A stretch of DNA of 64,000 nucleotides from NCBI GenBank assembly GCA_043745805.1, contig JAYTSD010000029.1, positions 1-64,000 on the forward strand, read 5' to 3'. The position numbers and the translations under genes were made by a program. A model generated the notes under the pieces. The model saw nothing but the letters and a program-made list of their open reading frames with translations, searched no databases and was not told where the DNA came from. Below are positions 59,632 to 64,000 of the stretch, piece by piece. Each line of letters begins with the position of its first letter. Positions within the stretch are counted from its first letter, which is position 1. This DNA is from Fibrobacteria bacterium. Lineage in GTDB: Bacteria > Fibrobacterota > Fibrobacteria > UBA11236.

Positions 59632-61005
59632 TCAATTTATGGTGGAGGTTGCCCATTGTGTAGCGACCATATTTTCCATAAATAACACCGAGGAAAATGT
59701 TTCAGGCTCGGCCTTTTTTAAATGCGCCGAAAGATCTTGGCCATTGCAAACATAAGAGACCGGGATTTTTGAATGCACGGTAAGATTATATAAGTTACCT
59801 AAACTGATACATTCATCCAGTTTAGTAAAAATCAAACGCGAAGTTCCTAAAGGTCTAAAGTCTTCAATGGTTCGAGCTAATTCCTTTCCACGAGTATGCG
59901 CGCAAAGCGTGAGATGAATTTCATGCGGCTGAGTTTTTTGAATCAAATTTTGTAAATCTTGCAAAAGATCTTTATGTGCAGGACCACGTCCCCCGGTATC
60001 AATAAGAATGTATTCACAATCTTTTAATTTTCTCAAGCCTTGTATAATATCTTCATCATTAAATAAGGTTAACATCGGTATCCCTGCGGAATGGGCAAAA
60101 ACTTTTAACTGTTCTGCCGCACCCATGCGATAAGCATCCGCTGATAAAATTCCAACTTTTTTTCCTTTTTCAAAACGCAACTGCACTGCGAGCTTAATTA
60201 AAGTGGTCGTTTTACCTACACCCGTAGGCCCCACTAACATTATTTTATATGGCGTTTTTAAATTGTGCTTGGATAAATTCGACGCCCCATTTAATGCCGT
60301 TCCATCCTGAGCACCTGTATAGGCATTTAAAGGCAATACGGGAATTTGTTGCGCCATAAATTTAATTAAAAGCTCGTGACATTTTTCCAAATTCTTTCCC
60401 TGCCAAGGAGGTAACACAGAAGCTAACTTGTCAATTAATGCGAGGGCTAAATCTTTATCAATATCCATTTCCAACAAACTATCCAATACCGTTTGAAAAG
60501 CACCGAGTGACTCTGGCGCAATGACGGAAGCGCTTTCACGAGCAGGGCGTAATAAATCCACTGCAGTAACCATGTTTTTAATCTCATCGCGCAACATTTT
60601 TAGTTCTCGTGTAGGTAACTCCACACTTTGTCGAACTTCTTTAAATTCAGTTTTCATAGTCTCTAACCATTTTGCCATTTCTGTATCTGGCTTCACGTTA
60701 TTGGCCTTGGTATTTAAAATCGGTTCGATTTTTTTATCCATAGGTTGTCCATTACTGTCGAAGCGACGAAGGCTTCCTCTCCAATCATAAGTGCTAGGAG
60801 GTGTTTGCGGTTTTTCGGGCATTGGTGGCTTCGCATAGAGTGACTCTTCTAAACCTGCAGTAACCTCTATCATCTCCCAAATTTTGCCTAAATTTTTCTT
60901 TTGCACTTTTTTCGATTTTAAAATAATCGCTTCGGGACCTAATTCTTCCTTAATGCGCTGCAGCACTTCCTGCATGGTGTCAGCCTGATATGTTTTCATT
61001 TTCAT
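59632..61005 (-). CDS. flhF: flagellar SRP-family GTPase
   Basis: KEELGPEAIIL N-terminus; GPTGVGKTTT, DAYR.GA.EQL, DTGGR, TKLDE. Confidence 0.93.
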   Translation of the reverse strand: MKMKTYQADTMQEVLQRIKEELGPEAIILKSKKVQKKNLGKIWEMIEVTAGLEESLYAKPPMPEKPQTPPSTYDWRGSLRRFDSNGQPMDKKIEPILNTKANNVKPDTEMAKWLETMKTEFKEVRQSVELPTRELKMLRDEIKNMVTAVDLLRPARESASVIAPESLGAFQTVLDSLLEMDIDKDLALALIDKLASVLPPWQGKNLEKCHELLIKFMAQQIPVLPLNAYTGAQDGTALNGASNLSKHNLKTPYKIMLVGPTGVGKTTTLIKLAVQLRFEKGKKVGILSADAYRMGAAEQLKVFAHSAGIPMLTLFNDEDIIQGLRKLKDCEYILIDTGGRGPAHKDLLQDLQNLIQKTQPHEIHLTLCAHTRGKELARTIEDFRPLGTSRLIFTKLDECISLGNLYNLTVHSKIPVSYVCNGQDLSAHLKKAEPETFSSVLFMENMVATQWATSTIN

Positions 61006-63082
61006 AAATCACTACCGTTCCTATTGCTTTTACATTGATTCCTGATACAATTTCACTATATGAGATAATCGCTAAATTTGGGAAAGATCCCTCTAAAATT
61101 CTTCTCAATTGAAAACGAATTCCTGGCGAACAAATCAAAACCGGAGGTTGATTATTCGCTACCATTTTCTCCACAATGGGCGCTAAACGTCCCACCATTT
61201 TGCCTACCATTTCAGGTCGAATCACTAAACGAGGTCCCCTATCTGTATTTTGCAAGGACGCTTCTAAAGTCTGTTCTAACTTGGGTTCAAGGCTTATCAC
61301 TTGAATTTGTCCTGTACTATCTTTATACATTTTACAAATTTGGCGAGCTAATCCTTGACGACATTGTTCCGTTAAATAGGATTCCGATTTATTAATTTTT
61401 GCCCCATTAGACATGGCTTCTAATAAGGATCCTAAATCGCGAATGGAAACTTTTTCGCCCAATAAATTAAAGAGTACTTTTTGTACTTCTCCAATATTGA
61501 GTAATCCCGGAATCAATTCCTCCACCACCGCAGAATTTACTGACTTCACATTATCGACCAGTGCTTTCACATCTTGGCGAGTTAAAATTTCACCGGCATG
61601 GGTGCGAATGACTTCAGTTAAATGTGTGGCTATTACCGCTGGCAATTCCACAACTGTGTAACCTGCAATATCTGCCGCTTCTTTTTGACTCGGTGTAATC
61701 CATAGTGCAGGTAACCCAAATGCAGGCTCCAACGTAGGTATAGCGGCAATCTTTTGGCTGGTTCCCCCAGGGTCCATAGCTAAAAAGCAACCTGGCATTA
61801 ATTCCCCATGCCCAACATCCACACTTTTAATTTTTATCACATATTGATTGGCTCTTAATTGAATATTATCGCGAATGCGAATAGGCGGTACTATGATTCC
61901 AATTTCCGTAGCACATTGTCGACGTAACATGGTAATACGTTCTAATAAATCACCACCTTGATTAATATCCACTAAGGAAATTAAACCATAACCGATTTCC
62001 AATTCCATTTGATCCACTTGCAAATAGGATTCAATTTTATCAGTATCTTGATTTTCATCTTTTTCAACTTTTTGTTTCGCTTGTTTACTCTCTTCTAAAA
62101 CCTTGTTTGCTTTTTGACGCTTAGACATTAAACCAAGTCCACCCACTGCCGCCGACAAGAGAATAAAAGGTAAAGTTGGCATGCCCGGAATAAGTCCTAG
62201 GAAGCCCAAGAAACCGGCTGCGGTATAAAGTGATTTTACACTTTGTCCTAATTGCCCAATCACTTCATTGCCTAAATTTTGTTTGGATGCCGCACGCGCC
62301 ACAATAATACCCGATGCGGTGGAAATCATCAGTGCCGGCATTTGGGTAACCAATCCGTCACCGATGGTTAATTGAGTATAATTCACTAAAGCTTGTTTAA
62401 AACTCATATCCTTCATGGTCATGCCGACAATAAAACCACCCACTACATTCACTACGGTAATTACAATACTCGCTACTGCATCACCGCGCACAAATTTACT
62501 CGCACCATCCATGGCGCCATAAAAATCAGCTTCTCTACCGATATTCTTACGGCGCTCTTTGGCTTCGGATTCAGTAATAATTCCGGCATTGAGATCGGAA
62601 TCCACCGCCATTTGTTTACCTGGCATGGCATCCAACGTAAAGCGTGCTGCCACTTCAGCAATTCGACCCGCACCTTTGGTAATCACTACAAATTGAATAA
62701 TCACGAGAATAATAAATATGATAGTTCCGACTACCATATTACCGCTGGTTACAAAAGTACCGAAGGCGTGAATCACCGCGCCGGCTTCCCCATCCGCTAG
62801 GATTAAACGGGTCGTGGCAATATTTAAACCAATGCGAAATAAAGTGAGTATGAGTAATAATCCAGGGAATACCGATAAATCCAAAACATTTTCAATATAA
62901 AGTGAGATCAACATAATGAGTACTGCAATGGCAATCATCACCGTGAGTAAAATATCGAGTAAAATTGTAGGTAAGGGAATAATCATCATGCACATAATGC
63001 CGATAAGCAAAAGTGCTATAAGCAAATCTTTTTGATGCAGGAATTGTGTTTTAAAAGTTAAAGTACCACCTTTAGTATTCAC
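60980..63082 (-). CDS. flhA: flagellar export gate protein
   Basis: RIAEVAARFTLDAMPGKQMA.D.DL, FYGAMDGASKFVRGDA, IRIRDN. Confidence 0.97.
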   Translation of the reverse strand: MNTKGGTLTFKTQFLHQKDLLIALLLIGIMCMMIIPLPTILLDILLTVMIAIAVLIMLISLYIENVLDLSVFPGLLLILTLFRIGLNIATTRLILADGEAGAVIHAFGTFVTSGNMVVGTIIFIILVIIQFVVITKGAGRIAEVAARFTLDAMPGKQMAVDSDLNAGIITESEAKERRKNIGREADFYGAMDGASKFVRGDAVASIVITVVNVVGGFIVGMTMKDMSFKQALVNYTQLTIGDGLVTQMPALMISTASGIIVARAASKQNLGNEVIGQLGQSVKSLYTAAGFLGFLGLIPGMPTLPFILLSAAVGGLGLMSKRQKANKVLEESKQAKQKVEKDENQDTDKIESYLQVDQMELEIGYGLISLVDINQGGDLLERITMLRRQCATEIGIIVPPIRIRDNIQLRANQYVIKIKSVDVGHGELMPGCFLAMDPGGTSQKIAAIPTLEPAFGLPALWITPSQKEAADIAGYTVVELPAVIATHLTEVIRTHAGEILTRQDVKALVDNVKSVNSAVVEELIPGLLNIGEVQKVLFNLLGEKVSIRDLGSLLEAMSNGAKINKSESYLTEQCRQGLARQICKMYKDSTGQIQVISLEPKLEQTLEASLQNTDRGPRLVIRPEMVGKMVGRLAPIVEKMVANNQPPVLICSPGIRFQLRRILEGSFPNLAIISYSEIVSGINVKAIGTVVIYENENISG

Positions 63083-63103
63083 GAAATTAATTTGCCCTTA
63101 CGC

Positions 63104-63130
63104 TAAAGTTTTCCAAAAATCTTCCGATAA
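63104..63130 (+). promoter_or_regulatory. sigma28 (FliA)-type promoter oriented antisense to flhB/flhA
   Basis: TAAAGTTT-N11-TCCGATAA vs consensus TAAAGTTT-N11-GCCGATAA (15/16). Confidence 0.7.
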
Positions 63131-63161
63131 ATAGAAGGGAAGATTTCAACTTATGCAATAC

Positions 63162-63178
63162 AGCAAATCACGGGCCTG
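63162..63178 (-). promoter_or_regulatory. sigma54-type -24/-12 promoter pointing into flhA
   Basis: Minus strand CAGGCCCGTGATTTGCT; GG-N10-GC; 2 mismatches to YTGGCACG-N4-TTGCW. Confidence 0.55.
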
Positions 63179-63223
63179 CTGTAAAGTTATGGCAACAGTT
63201 CAATTTTTAGCTTAAATGTGAAC

Positions 63224-64000
63224 TTATTTTTGGTTTTTAAGGCCATAGACATAGGCCAAAATTTCCGCCATTGCGGCAAAGAATTCCGCAGGAATGTCCT
63301 CACCTACTTCGGCAAAATCATACAGGCTTCGTGCTAAAGGCTTATCTTCTACAATCGGAATATCATTCTCACGCGCGACATTACGAATACGTTCCGCAAT
63401 TAAACGCTTTCCCTTAGCAAGCACTCTGGGAGCAGTGTCCACACCTTGTTCATAACGAATGGCTAAAGCAATAAATGTAGGATTAGTAATAATTACGGTG
63501 GCGCGCGGTACTTCTTTCATCATCATGTTTTTAAACATCTGTTGGCGCAAAGCACGGATTTTTCCCTTTATCGCGGGATCGCCGTCGGAAGAACGCGCCT
63601 CGTCTTTAACTTCTTGTTTAGACATACGCAAGTCTTTCATAAACTTCTTTTTTAAATAAATAATATCCGCTATACCTATCACTAATAAAGTTAAAGTGGA
63701 TTTCCAGATAATTTCATAACTCACATCGAATAACATTTTAATGATTTGCGATAAACTTTGATCCGCTAAAATTAAGTATTCATGAAAATGACTCATCATT
63801 ACGGAATAAGCCACAAAGCCTACCACAAACATTTTTAAAACACTTTTTAATAATTCCACTAAGGTTTGCGGAGAAAACATTTTTTTTAAACCACTAAATC
63901 CAAAGATCCTTCCAAAATGTGGCCCTAAAGATTCCAAGCTCCACATGAATCCTACTTGGGCAAAATTGGAAATCATTCCCACTATCAGTAAAGTGCCCAC
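63224..64000 (-). CDS. flhB: flagellar export switch protein (5' part outside the window)
   Basis: LRMSKQEVKDE...DGDP.IK, TNPT, APRVLAKG, PLARSLY, AEILAYVY. Confidence 0.95.
   Translation of the reverse strand: MGTLLIVGMISNFAQVGFMWSLESLGPHFGRIFGFSGLKKMFSPQTLVELLKSVLKMFVVGFVAYSVMMSHFHEYLILADQSLSQIIKMLFDVSYEIIWKSTLTLLVIGIADIIYLKKKFMKDLRMSKQEVKDEARSSDGDPAIKGKIRALRQQMFKNMMMKEVPRATVIITNPTFIALAIRYEQGVDTAPRVLAKGKRLIAERIRNVARENDIPIVEDKPLARSLYDFAEVGEDIPAEFFAAMAEILAYVYGLKNQK

Noticed and set aside
63083-63223. c-di-GMP riboswitch upstream of flhA
   Set aside because: No recognisable GEMM architecture; the hairpins are better explained by the promoter/operator arrangement
5262-63659. Remaining short ORFs nested in or antisense to well-supported genes
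   Set aside because: Fully overlap confident CDSs and show no motifs

Overview
AT-rich bacterial chromosomal window from a flagellated diderm. Some accessory families look Fibrobacterota/FCB-like, but the taxonomy is an unverified impression. Left to right: (1) a decayed, gene-cassette-like stretch (~120-2320) with attC-like inverted repeats, a lipoprotein, a membrane PH-domain gene and a pseudogene; (2) queF, hisS, surE, gyrA; (3) a carotenoid operon headed by a CarH/LitR-like B12 photoreceptor (crtB, secreted hypothetical, acyltransferase, glycosyltransferase, crtI, lycopene cyclase, crtZ); (4) a double-HTH GntR/LacI regulator, sulfate ABC operon and DAHP synthase; (5) tRNA-Ser(CGA) followed by a toxin-antitoxin pair; (6) tamB/tamA-like genes, nadD, MarR, a Panacea-type TA-like pair, acyltransferase-3 and a subtilase; (7) an FkbH-ACP-MaoC-SDR module with a divergent GSCFA-family gene; (8) parA, murA and envelope genes; (9) an oxidative-stress/repair run (dinB-like, sodC, MFS, yceI, xth); (10) a flagellar operon (flhB, flhA, flhF, membrane ORF, fliA, HDOD, histidine kinase) lacking flhG. 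The most notable unannotated signals are face-to-face sigma28/sigma54 promoter motifs between flhB and flhA, the attC-like repeat family, phased operator-like repeats upstream of the photoreceptor, and the stand-alone glyceryl/lactyl-ACP module beside a GSCFA protein with a Ser-to-Cys motif change. All calls are by motif recognition; no database searches were run.
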